Positions 26,104 to 35,111 of a stretch of 64,000 nt of DNA are shown here, one piece after another. The notes beneath the pieces were generated by a model, which was given only the letters and a program-made list of their open reading frames with translations, was not told the origin of the DNA and made no database searches. The stretch is from Pseudomonadota bacterium (lineage in GTDB: Bacteria; Myxococcota_A; Polyangia; Palsa-1104; JAEUJZ01): NCBI GenBank assembly GCA_035340095.1, contig DAORGN010000002.1, forward strand, positions 1,160-65,159, in the 5' to 3' direction. The stretch's first letter is position 1. Each line of letters opens with the position of its first letter. The translations under genes and the position numbers were made by a program.

Positions 26104-27864
26104 ATGAACGATGTTCCAACCACGGGCGTCACTCGGGTGTGCGTGACCTGCCAGCAGGTCTATAACTACAAAGACCAGCACGTCTGTCCCAAAGGCGGCA
26201 AAGCCGAGGTTCCGCCAGACCCTCTGGTGGGGGCCACGATCGGCGGGCGCTACCTTATCGAGTCGTTTTTGTCCTCGGGAGGGATGGGCGTAGTCTATCG
26301 AGCCAAGCATACGGTGCTCGATAAGCCGCTCGCGATCAAGCTGCTGCGGGAAGCGCAAGATCCGATGATGCAGCAGCGCTTTCTCCTCGAAGCGAAGAGC
26401 GCGTGCCACATCGGACACGAAAACATCGTCGACATCACCGATTTCGGTGTTCTTCACGATGGCCGTCCGTATCTGGTGATGGAATTTTTGCAGGGCCAGT
26501 CGCTTGAGGCGGTGATTGCCAAAGGCGCGCTGCCACCTTTGCGGACCTGCCGAATCGCCGAACAAATTGCCCGCGGACTGCACGCCGTCCACAGCAAGGG
26601 CATCGTCCACCGAGACCTCAAACCGGGGAACATCTTTATCCTCGAGCGTGGGCGCAAAGACTTCGTCAAAATCCTCGATTTTGGCATCGCCAAGGTGATG
26701 GCCGGTACGCGCGAGTCGTTGTCTGGTGGCAGCGCGAATTTGCCGAATTTGCGGGCGACAGCGACGGGGACGGTGTTGGGAACGCCGGAATATCTGTCGC
26801 CCGAGCAGGGTGCCGGGGAAGCGTTCGATGCCCGCGTCGATCAATACGCGCTCGGCTGCATCATGTACGAAATGCTGACGGGGCAGGTGCCTTTCCGCGG
26901 CAATGGACCGATGTCCACACTGATGAAGCATCTGACGGAAAAGCCGATTCCACCGCGGAAGCGCCGTCCCGAGCTGAACATTTCCGAAACGCTCGAAAAA
27001 ATCGTGCTCAAGGCGATGGCGCAGCAGAAGGAAAGCCGCTACGCCAACATGGACGAGCTGGCCAACGTCCTTCAGGAACTCATCGACAGTGGGACGCTGC
27101 CTGCTGATCCGGTGGTTCCTCGTCCGTCGGCGTCGCTGCAAACGGTGGCGGCGAGTCTGTCGGCTTCGTCGGCGCCGCCGGTTGAGCTGTCGCCGCTGAC
27201 ATCGGGCGATATGTTTGCACCGACGCTGCAAGCCGCGATTCCGACCAAAGACGAGATCGCCAAAGAGCGCGCGAAGACACAGCCCGAATCGACCACCGCG
27301 ACGATCGATCGCGGCAACAAACCACCGTCAGAGAACCGAGAAAAAGCGCCGCTTGCGACCGAGCAGGTTCGTCCCATCGTCCTTGCGAAACCGAATCGGC
27401 TGCCGCTGCTGTTGCTCGGGGTGGCGGCGGTGATGGTGCTGCTGCTGATTGGCGTGCTTGTCGTAAGGCTTGGGCCCGGCAGCAAACCGTCACAGCCTGT
27501 GCCGGCGGTGGACCTTGGCGAACGCAAAGTCGAAACGCCAGTGCCGGTTGAATCGCCGCCCACCGATGAGCACAAAGTCGAGCTGGAAAACAAGACGGCG
27601 GGCAAAGTGACTGTTCTGTGTGGTCCGAAAAAAAGCTGCATTCTCGACGCGGGAAAGACCTGCGAGCTTGCGCTTTCGCCGGACGCGCGATGTGAAGCGA
27701 GCGCCACTGGGTTTGTCAGCCGCAGCCTGGATGTCGGAAGCGCCGTCAAGCACGCGGGCAAAGGACAAACCGCGCATCTGGCGGTTCACCTTGACGCCGA
27801 AAAGCCGGTGGGCAAAGTCAAAAAGTCCAAGGGCTCCAAGGCGGGCAAGGGCAAAAAGCGCTAA
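26104..27864 (+). CDS. Ser/Thr protein kinase with N-terminal zinc-ribbon, one TM, Cys-rich periplasmic C-domain
   Basis: GRYLIESFLSSGGMGVVYRAKH, HRDLKPGNIF, DFGIAK and GTPEYLSPE are Hanks motifs. The N-terminus has CVTCQ...CPKG. A TM helix sits at ~aa 445. The C-terminal domain has four Cys and a Lys-rich tail. The start is set at the ATG at 26104. The ORF track uses a TTG at 26077. Confidence 0.85.
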   Translation: MNDVPTTGVTRVCVTCQQVYNYKDQHVCPKGGKAEVPPDPLVGATIGGRYLIESFLSSGGMGVVYRAKHTVLDKPLAIKLLREAQDPMMQQRFLLEAKSACHIGHENIVDITDFGVLHDGRPYLVMEFLQGQSLEAVIAKGALPPLRTCRIAEQIARGLHAVHSKGIVHRDLKPGNIFILERGRKDFVKILDFGIAKVMAGTRESLSGGSANLPNLRATATGTVLGTPEYLSPEQGAGEAFDARVDQYALGCIMYEMLTGQVPFRGNGPMSTLMKHLTEKPIPPRKRRPELNISETLEKIVLKAMAQQKESRYANMDELANVLQELIDSGTLPADPVVPRPSASLQTVAASLSASSAPPVELSPLTSGDMFAPTLQAAIPTKDEIAKERAKTQPESTTATIDRGNKPPSENREKAPLATEQVRPIVLAKPNRLPLLLLGVAAVMVLLLIGVLVVRLGPGSKPSQPVPAVDLGERKVETPVPVESPPTDEHKVELENKTAGKVTVLCGPKKSCILDAGKTCELALSPDARCEASATGFVSRSLDVGSAVKHAGKGQTAHLAVHLDAEKPVGKVKKSKGSKAGKGKKR

Positions 27865-27938
27865 GCCAAGCGCGCTGGCGATGACGCGGCATGGTCGGCG
27901 GTTGCCTCCGGGGGGCGATCTGCGGTACACCGCTTCGC

Positions 27939-29633
27939 ATGGAGACTGCTGCCAAGACCGAACCTACGCACCCGGTGCCTGCGTCTTTCGAGACGTCGCC
28001 TGACCGATACCGCCACTGGCGGCTCGAGTTCGACGGGGATGTTGCCCGTTTGCTCATGTCCGTTCGCGAAGACGAGCCGCTTGTTCCGGGGTACGTCCTC
28101 AAGCTCAACTCGTATGACCTGGGCGTCGATATCGAGCTGTGTGACGCGGTGCAGCGGCTGCGGTTTGGCCATCCGGAAGTTCGCACCGTCGTGGTGAGCT
28201 CGGGCCGCGATCGCATCTTCTGCGCCGGTGCCAACATCCACATGCTGGCGCAGTCGTCCCACGGCTTTAAGGTCAATTTCTGCAAGTTCACAAACGAGAC
28301 GCGCCTGTCGATCGAGGACGCCTGTGCAAGCAGCGGCCAAAAGTATCTGGCCGCAGTCTCAGGCCCCTGCGCTGGTGGCGGTTACGAACTGGCGATGGCG
28401 TGCGACGAAATCGTTCTCATCGACGATGGATCGAGCACGGTGGCGCTTCCTGAAGTGCCTTTGCTTGGCGTGTTGCCGGGGACAGGTGGTCTTACGCGGC
28501 TCGTCGACAAGCGCAAAGTCCGGCGAGATCGCGCCGACATTTTTTCGACGCTGGCCGAGGGCATTCGTGGCAAGCGCGCCGTCGAGTGGCGTCTCGTCGA
28601 TCAGACGGTGCCGCGCAGCCGTTTTGCCCAAGCCGTGAGCGATCGGGCCCACAAACTGGCACAAGAGTCGAAAAACCAAGTCGTCAGCGCACCCGGACCG
28701 CAGACGGGGATCTCGCTTGAGCCGCTGCATCCGACGGTCGATGGTGACTCGATTTCGTATCGTTTTGTCTCGCTGCGGGTGGACAAGCCGCACCGCACAG
28801 CCCACCTGACGATGCGCGGACCCGGCGCGGGCCAGGACGTGCGCACCGCCGAGGAACTGCATGCGCTGGCAAGTCGCGGCGAGCTGTGGGCGCTGCGGGC
28901 ATATCGCGAACTCGACGATGCAATCTGTCGGCTGCGTTTCCACTATCCGACGGTGGGCCTGGTGATGCTGTCGACCCGTGGGGATCAGGCAGAAGTGCTC
29001 AAGGCGGACGCGGCGGTGGCAGCGCTTCGCGATTACTGGCTGGGCCGGGAAGTGCTGCTGCACATGGCGCGGGTGCTGCGTCGGCTCGACATGACCGCGA
29101 AGTCGTTTTTCGCCGTGGTCGATCCCGAAAGCTGCTTTGCCGGTTCGCTGCTGGAGATCCTGCTGGCGTCGGATCGCAGCTACGTTTTGGAAGATCCTGG
29201 GGTGAAGTTTTCGACGGGAACTCTCAACGGTGGGGCGCTTTTGTGCGGAAACGGGCAGACCCGTCTTTCGCTGCGCTGTTATGACCAGCCGGGGCGCGCC
29301 AAAGAAATCCTCGCACGGGGCGAAAAAGGTCCGATCTCGGCAAGCGAGGCCGATGCGCTTGGGCTTTGTACGGTGCTGGCCGACGACCTTGATTTCGAAG
29401 ACACGCTGCGACTTGCCGTCGAGGAGCGCGTGAGCTTGTCACCGGACGCGCTGACGGGCATGGAACAGAACCTGCGCTTCCCTGGCCCCGATCTCTCGGA
29501 AGGCAAGGTGTTTGGTCGTCTGTCGGCCTGGCAGAACTGGATCTTCATTCGCGAAAACGCCACAGGGCCGCTCGGCGCGCTGACCTGCTATGGCCGACCG
29601 GAACGGCCAAGCTTCGACTGGCGCCGCACCTAG
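27939..29633 (+). CDS. boxC: benzoyl-CoA-dihydrodiol lyase-like protein (BoxC-like, crotonase superfamily)
   Basis: ~565 aa. The N-terminal crotonase fold carries IFCAGANI...GPCAGGGYELAMACDEI, with a second crotonase-like half. The size and architecture fit BoxC, and it sits next to a BoxB-like gene. The start is the ATG at 27939. Confidence 0.55.
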   Translation: METAAKTEPTHPVPASFETSPDRYRHWRLEFDGDVARLLMSVREDEPLVPGYVLKLNSYDLGVDIELCDAVQRLRFGHPEVRTVVVSSGRDRIFCAGANIHMLAQSSHGFKVNFCKFTNETRLSIEDACASSGQKYLAAVSGPCAGGGYELAMACDEIVLIDDGSSTVALPEVPLLGVLPGTGGLTRLVDKRKVRRDRADIFSTLAEGIRGKRAVEWRLVDQTVPRSRFAQAVSDRAHKLAQESKNQVVSAPGPQTGISLEPLHPTVDGDSISYRFVSLRVDKPHRTAHLTMRGPGAGQDVRTAEELHALASRGELWALRAYRELDDAICRLRFHYPTVGLVMLSTRGDQAEVLKADAAVAALRDYWLGREVLLHMARVLRRLDMTAKSFFAVVDPESCFAGSLLEILLASDRSYVLEDPGVKFSTGTLNGGALLCGNGQTRLSLRCYDQPGRAKEILARGEKGPISASEADALGLCTVLADDLDFEDTLRLAVEERVSLSPDALTGMEQNLRFPGPDLSEGKVFGRLSAWQNWIFIRENATGPLGALTCYGRPERPSFDWRRT

Positions 29634-29656
29634 AGCGTCACTTCCTTCCCCCGCAG

Positions 29657-29682
29657 GTGTACCCGATCGGTACACTTTTCTC
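29657..29682 (+). terminator. hairpin GTGTACC-cgatc-GGTACAC followed by TTTTCT (intrinsic-terminator-like or operator)
   Basis: A 7-bp perfect inverted repeat lies 24 nt after the boxC stop and is followed by a T-run. Confidence 0.35.
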
Positions 29683-29787
29683 GTCGCAGAATTCAATTTC
29701 GAAGTCTAGTTCTCACCCGCGAAGCGTGATAAGACCGCTCCATAGAGTCCGAGTGCGGAATCTCAACCTGCAGCTTCGCTACGAAGC

Positions 29788-31266
29788 GTGACGAAACGAA
29801 AGGTCAGAACCCCGATGACCGTAGAGCTTTTCGAAAAGATCCCGAACAACGTCAATCTGTCGGCGGACAAGCGGCTCCAGCGGGCGCTTGAGCAGTGGCT
29901 TCCGAACTACATCTCATGGTGGAAAGAGATGGGTCCGGACCAGTTCCAAGAGAGCGATGTCTACCTGCGGACCGCTATCAGCGTCGAAACCGACGGTTGG
30001 GCGCACTTTGACTACGTGCGGATGCCGGAATACCGCTGGGGAATTTTCCTCGAGCCGGCGATTGCCGGTCGCACGATCGGTTTTGGCGATCACTACGGCC
30101 AGCCGGCGTGGCAGGAAGTTCCGGGCGAATACCGCAACACGTTGCGTCGGATCATCGTCACGCAAGGCGACACCGAGCCCGCGTCGGTTGAGCAGCAGCG
30201 CATGCTGGGCCACACCGCGCCGTCTCTGTACGATCTGCGCAACCTGTTCCAGGTCAACGTCGAGGAAGGCCGTCACTTGTGGGCGATGGTCTATCTGCTT
30301 CACTCGTACTTTGGCAAAGACGGTCGCGAGGAAGCCGAAGCCATGCTCGAGCGCCGCTCGGGCGATCGTGACAAGCCGCGCATCCTCGGGGCGTTCAATG
30401 AACCGGTGAAGTCGTGGCTCGACTTTTACATGTTCACGATGTTTACGGACCGCGACGGCAAGTTTCAGCTCTGCGCGCTGAGTGAGTCGGGATTTGATCC
30501 GCTTTCGCGCACCTGTAAGTTCATGCTGACCGAAGAAGCGCACCACATGTTCGTCGGTGAAACCGGCGTCGATCGCGTGGTGCAGCGCGCCTGTGAGCTG
30601 ATGCTCGAGACGCGCTCCGATTCGCCGGACGTGATCACCAAGGCGGGTGGTATTCCGCTCGACATGGTGCAGCGCCACCTGAACCTGTGGTTTTCGCTGT
30701 CCGAAGACCTGTTCGGTGGCGAAATTTCGTCGAACGCCGCTGAGTTCTTCGCCGCCGGTCTCAAGGGCCGATACAAAGAAGACAGCTACAGCGAGCACAC
30801 CGGGCTAAACCAGTTCTACGAAATGCCAGTCCCCGCCGAGGGCGGCAAGATCGTGACGACCCAAGTGCCGCTGCGCAATGCGATGAACGAAGTGCTGCGT
30901 GATGGCTATGTCACCGACTGCCAGCGCGCCGTCGACAAGTGGAATCGCACGATCGACAAGCAGCTTGGTGAGCGTGGGGCTCAGTTCAAGCTCGCCCTGC
31001 CGAGCCGTCGCTTCCATCGTCACATCGGCATCTACGGCATGAACTCGGGCAACTACTTCGACCCGACCGGCAACCCGATTTCGCAAGGCGAGTTCATGGC
31101 CAATCGGAACAAGTGGCTGCCGACCGACGCCGACCGCGAGTATCTCAAGCAGATCATGCGGCCTGTGACCGAGCCGGGGAAAATCGCAGCGTGGATTGCG
31201 CCGCCGGCACGCGGCATAAACGGTCAGACCGTCGAGTTCGAGTACGTCCGTCACCTGCCGGCGTAA
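29788..31266 (+). CDS. boxB: benzoyl-CoA 2,3-epoxidase subunit B-like di-iron oxygenase (BoxB-like)
   Basis: ~480 aa soluble protein. It has two EExxH di-iron ligand blocks (VEEGRHLWAM and TEEAHHMF). The size and order after boxC fit BoxB. An alternative start ATG lies at 29815. Confidence 0.55.
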   Translation: MTKRKVRTPMTVELFEKIPNNVNLSADKRLQRALEQWLPNYISWWKEMGPDQFQESDVYLRTAISVETDGWAHFDYVRMPEYRWGIFLEPAIAGRTIGFGDHYGQPAWQEVPGEYRNTLRRIIVTQGDTEPASVEQQRMLGHTAPSLYDLRNLFQVNVEEGRHLWAMVYLLHSYFGKDGREEAEAMLERRSGDRDKPRILGAFNEPVKSWLDFYMFTMFTDRDGKFQLCALSESGFDPLSRTCKFMLTEEAHHMFVGETGVDRVVQRACELMLETRSDSPDVITKAGGIPLDMVQRHLNLWFSLSEDLFGGEISSNAAEFFAAGLKGRYKEDSYSEHTGLNQFYEMPVPAEGGKIVTTQVPLRNAMNEVLRDGYVTDCQRAVDKWNRTIDKQLGERGAQFKLALPSRRFHRHIGIYGMNSGNYFDPTGNPISQGEFMANRNKWLPTDADREYLKQIMRPVTEPGKIAAWIAPPARGINGQTVEFEYVRHLPA

Positions 31267-31290
31267 ACTGCCAGTTCTTGGGCTTTCGCC

Positions 31291-32547
31291 TTAGCCGGCG
31301 GGCTTGTTGTCGGACGCCAGTTCTTGGGCTGCCGAGTGAGCCCGCTGCGAACCAAGCGGCGCAATCAGCAGCCCACCGAGCGCTGCCACCGACGCCATCG
31401 CTCCCCACTGCCACAGCAAATTTCTTTCCAGCAACAGCCCCGCCAAAAACGGTGCCACGATCTGCGCCACCGACTGGAGCGACTGCGTAAGTCCAATCAC
31501 GGTCCCTTGCTCCGATCGATCGGCGCTCTGGGAGATCAGGCTGCTCAGCGTGGGTCGCAGCACCGCGTTGCCAAAGGCTGTCACCGTCGCTGCGACCCCA
31601 AGCCATTGCAGTGAGTTGCTCGCCGCGATGATGCCAAATCCCATCACCAAAGACAGGTAGCCGGCATTGACCAGTGATCGCTCGCCGAAGCGCTTGACCA
31701 GTCGACCGATCAGACCGCCCTGAAGCAAGAGCCCGAGGAAGCCGCTATAGGCAAACAGATAGCCGATTTCGCGCGGACCAAACGGGTGGCCGTGCCAGAC
31801 GTAGCGCCGCTCGGCGTAGAGCGAAAAACCCGACGTGAAGACCGAAAAACACATCGAGTAAAACAGAAACTGAAACAGCATCGCTGCCAGAACCGGACGG
31901 TCAAAGTACGCCCGATACGACCGCCACTCGAGAATCGACAGCCGCTTGCCACCGGGAAGCGCCGCGTCGGGTTGCTGCGCGCGGATCGCCACGCCGCCGG
32001 GCAAAAGCAGCAGCGTGCAGACAATCGACACAAGCGACATCCCCGCCGCCAGGAAAATAGGCGCCGCCAGCCCATGTTTTACAAGCACGCCGGTGACGCC
32101 CGGTCCGATGAAAAACCCGAGTCCGAACGCCACGCCGATCACCGCAAAGGACTTGGCGCGATCTTTGGCTTCGGAATGATCGGCAATGTAGGCCTGGGCA
32201 ATCGACAGGTTTCCCGCCGTCGTGCCTTGAATCACCCGCGCCAGATAAATCATCCACAGCGACGTCGCTGACGCCATCGCCAGGTACCCGAAGAGCGCGC
32301 CGATTTGGCTAAACAGCAGCACCGATTTGCGCCCAATCCGATCAGACCAACTGCCGAGCAGCGGACTTGCGACGAGCTGACAGATCGCGAACACCGAAAC
32401 GAGCAGCGTTGCTTGCAGCGGCGTCGCGCCCAGGTGTTCGGCATAGATCGCTTGCAGCGGCAGCACCAGCGTCAGGCCGAACACATCGACAAGCACGATG
32501 AGAAAGATGGGGATGAGTGCGCGATTCAATGGAACTCCGAGGCCCAA
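31291..32547 (-). CDS. MFS transporter
   Basis: 12-TM pattern with the MFS motif GSWSDRIGRK between TM2 and TM3. Confidence 0.8.
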   Translation of the reverse strand: MGLGVPLNRALIPIFLIVLVDVFGLTLVLPLQAIYAEHLGATPLQATLLVSVFAICQLVASPLLGSWSDRIGRKSVLLFSQIGALFGYLAMASATSLWMIYLARVIQGTTAGNLSIAQAYIADHSEAKDRAKSFAVIGVAFGLGFFIGPGVTGVLVKHGLAAPIFLAAGMSLVSIVCTLLLLPGGVAIRAQQPDAALPGGKRLSILEWRSYRAYFDRPVLAAMLFQFLFYSMCFSVFTSGFSLYAERRYVWHGHPFGPREIGYLFAYSGFLGLLLQGGLIGRLVKRFGERSLVNAGYLSLVMGFGIIAASNSLQWLGVAATVTAFGNAVLRPTLSSLISQSADRSEQGTVIGLTQSLQSVAQIVAPFLAGLLLERNLLWQWGAMASVAALGGLLIAPLGSQRAHSAAQELASDNKPAG

Positions 32548-32588
32548 AGCGTGGCGGGCCGTTCTACAGACTACTTCGATTGGTGGGC

Positions 32589-33605
32589 TTAGGCGTGCGG
32601 TCGGGATGACTGGAGCAAAATGGCGCGACGCATGCAGCGTGCGGCCTGACGATGCTGAGCAAGCGCTGAGTGCGCCACCGCGAGGTGCAGCCAGCTTACG
32701 TGGTGTTCGGGCTGCTGGGTGACGACTTCGGTCAGAAGTTCGACCGCGACATCAAACTGCGCCGCGCTGAGCGCCGTTACCGCCGGCAGCAGCTTGTCGT
32801 GATGCGTCGGCTTTGCGCGTCCTTCCGAAGTTGCCAAACGACGACGGACGGGCAGGGCATCCAGCAGGCTGCGAGGTGACGACGGACGCGGCATCTTGGC
32901 TTTGCCACTGCGCCGCACCGCGTGGGGTTTGGGCAGCGGATTTTGGGCGGTCTTGCCCAGCAAGGCGCCTTCGCGCGTCGGACGGGTCAGTGGGATCAGC
33001 TCGACAGCAACCGCGTGTGGGGTGCGCGCATCGAGCATGACCATTTCGAGCAGCGCCGTGCCGATCTCGCCGCCGTGGCGCACCACTTCGCGCATCACCG
33101 ACGCCAGTTCATCCGGCGGCACCGATCCGAGAAGATCATCGACCGTGCGCCGCAGATCGTCCGCGCAAGCAATCGTCGCCAGAAGCTGCGCCACCGAACG
33201 CGCAATAAAACCGTCGGGGTCTTGGATCGCCACGTCCACCGGGGGCGACACGCCCAAGTCCGACATCACCGACAGCGCACGCGCTTTCACGGTGTCGCTT
33301 TGCGTGCTTTGACACAGCAGCTTGCGCAGTCGCGTCGTCACATCGGTCACATCGGCGCGCGCCAGAAGCTGCATCGCCCACTGGGCTTCGCTGTCGCTGT
33401 TCGACGCGAGCGAGCGCAGAAGCTGTGGCAAAAGGACGCTGCCCAAACGAGGCACCAGATGCAAAAGCCGTTGCTTGTGCTCGCCAGTCGGGAGTTCGCC
33501 GTCACGGGCCCTACGCAGCGACGCCGCTACCTCCAAAAGAGGGGTGAGCGCCACGGCTTGGTCTTCGCGTTCTGTCACGGACTGGGCCACACCGGCAAAC
33601 GTCAT
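32589..33605 (-). CDS. hypothetical protein (alpha-helical, HEAT/TPR-like repeats)
   Basis: The start is placed at the ATG at 33605 (MTFAGV...), which has AGGAG 6 nt upstream. The ORF-track start at 33653 is rejected. No catalytic motif was recognised. Confidence 0.4.
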   Translation of the reverse strand: MTFAGVAQSVTEREDQAVALTPLLEVAASLRRARDGELPTGEHKQRLLHLVPRLGSVLLPQLLRSLASNSDSEAQWAMQLLARADVTDVTTRLRKLLCQSTQSDTVKARALSVMSDLGVSPPVDVAIQDPDGFIARSVAQLLATIACADDLRRTVDDLLGSVPPDELASVMREVVRHGGEIGTALLEMVMLDARTPHAVAVELIPLTRPTREGALLGKTAQNPLPKPHAVRRSGKAKMPRPSSPRSLLDALPVRRRLATSEGRAKPTHHDKLLPAVTALSAAQFDVAVELLTEVVTQQPEHHVSWLHLAVAHSALAQHRQAARCMRRAILLQSSRPHA

Positions 33606-33768
33606 GCTGGCTCCTAACGTGAAACGACCGACTTGCACCAAGGTACATGACATATATGGTCATTCTTCGTCAACGATTCCCTGGACTTGCGTGCCGGGTG
33701 GGGCTTGGTTTTCGTCGGATTGCAATTTTTCGGCTTGACAGGTGGGCGCCTATGCTAGTTTGCCCGAC

Positions 33769-35094
33769 ATGATGGCCGAGAGTTTTCACAAAAAGGCGCT
33801 GGCTCGTGAGCTCCGCCCGGCGCTATCGAAGGATGAGGCGCTCACCGAGGCCAATCGGTGCTTGTTTTGCTACGACGCGCCGTGCATGCGGGCGTGTCCG
33901 ACGCACATCGATGTGCCGCTGTTTATCAGACAGATTTCGACGGCAAATCCGACGGGTGCGGCGCGCACGATTTTGGCCGCCAACATCCTTGGAGCAAGCT
34001 GCGCGCGGGTTTGTCCGACGGAAGTGCTGTGCGAAGGCGCCTGCGTGCTTTCCGACCAGCACAAACCGATTCAGATTGGACCGCTACAGCGCTACGCGAC
34101 CGATCATGCGATGCAGACGGGAATGCCGATTCTCAAACCAGGGAAAAAGCAGCCTGGATCGGTTGGAATCATCGGGGCTGGACCGTCAGGACTGGCCTGT
34201 GCGGCAGAGCTGCTCAAGCTTGGCTACGAATCGGTGATTTATGAAGCCCACGACCGGCCCGGCGGGCTCAATTCGGTCGGGGTTGCGCAGTATAAAATGA
34301 CGCCGGATGTGGCCCTGGCCGAAGTCGACTGGCTTGTGCGATCCGGGGTGCAGATCCGCTGCGGTGTCACCGTCGGAAAAGACGTAAGTTTTGCCGAATT
34401 GGAAAGCCGCCACGACGCGATGTTTATCGGCGTCGGCATGGGCGGAATTCCGGGCATCGGCGTGGCTGGGGAAGACATTTCCGGCGTGTGGGATGGCCTG
34501 GATTTCATCGCGGCGCTCAAACAGGGCGACAGCGAGGTGTTCGATGCGCTACGTGGCGCGCGTGTCGCGGTCATTGGCGGCGGCAACACCGCGATTGACG
34601 TCGTGACGCAGGCGGCCCGGGCCGGCGCGTCGAAAGTGTGGCTTCTGTATCGTCGTGGTCGCGAGCAGATGTCGGCCTATGCGCACGAGATCGAGCTGGC
34701 CAAGCAGCATGGCATCGAGCTTCTGCTGCATGCCGTGCCGCATCGCGTGCTTGGTCCGTCGCGGGGCCTGTCACCGCGCAGCAGCCGCGTCGCTGGACTG
34801 GAGTTTGGTCGCAAGCTTCCCGACGGTGGTGAAAGACTGGAAACCCTGCCTGCCGACCTGGTGATTCGGGCGACCGGACAAAAAGGGGCCAAGCTGACCG
34901 CGGAACTGCCGGTGCGTACAGACGGTGGAAAAGTGCTGGCTGACGAGTCGGGGCGGACTTCGAATCCGCGCTACTTCGCGGGTGGTGACTGCGTGTCGGG
35001 CGGCCAAGAAGTGGTCAACGCCGTGGCTGAAGGCCAGCGGGCAGCGCGGACGATTGTCGCTGAAGTGCTGTCTTTGCGTGGAGGGGCGCGGTAG
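33769..35094 (+). CDS. preT: NAD-dependent dihydropyrimidine dehydrogenase subunit PreT (glutamate-synthase small-subunit-like)
   Basis: The 4Fe-4S ligand blocks are CLFCYDAPCMRACP and CARVCPTEVLCEGAC. The dinucleotide-binding block is IGAGPSGLACA. Confidence 0.75.
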   Translation: MMAESFHKKALARELRPALSKDEALTEANRCLFCYDAPCMRACPTHIDVPLFIRQISTANPTGAARTILAANILGASCARVCPTEVLCEGACVLSDQHKPIQIGPLQRYATDHAMQTGMPILKPGKKQPGSVGIIGAGPSGLACAAELLKLGYESVIYEAHDRPGGLNSVGVAQYKMTPDVALAEVDWLVRSGVQIRCGVTVGKDVSFAELESRHDAMFIGVGMGGIPGIGVAGEDISGVWDGLDFIAALKQGDSEVFDALRGARVAVIGGGNTAIDVVTQAARAGASKVWLLYRRGREQMSAYAHEIELAKQHGIELLLHAVPHRVLGPSRGLSPRSSRVAGLEFGRKLPDGGERLETLPADLVIRATGQKGAKLTAELPVRTDGGKVLADESGRTSNPRYFAGGDCVSGGQEVVNAVAEGQRAARTIVAEVLSLRGGAR

Positions 35095-35111
35095 CGCCGG
35101 AGGAGTTCGCG

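Noticed and set aside
25987-27231. Minus-strand 414-aa ORF inside kinase 2, and the 29914-30798, 40183-41616 and 55482-57398 shadow ORFs
   Set aside because: They are each antisense to a gene with strong family motifs (STK, BoxB-like, pheT, metallopeptidase). High GC suppresses stop codons on the opposite strand.
18389-27864. Genomic island integrated at tRNA-Ile
   Set aside because: No integrase, recombinase or transposase ORF and no obvious att direct repeat were found by eye. The cluster's GC content and codon style look native. It is kept only as a weak possibility in the tRNA finding.
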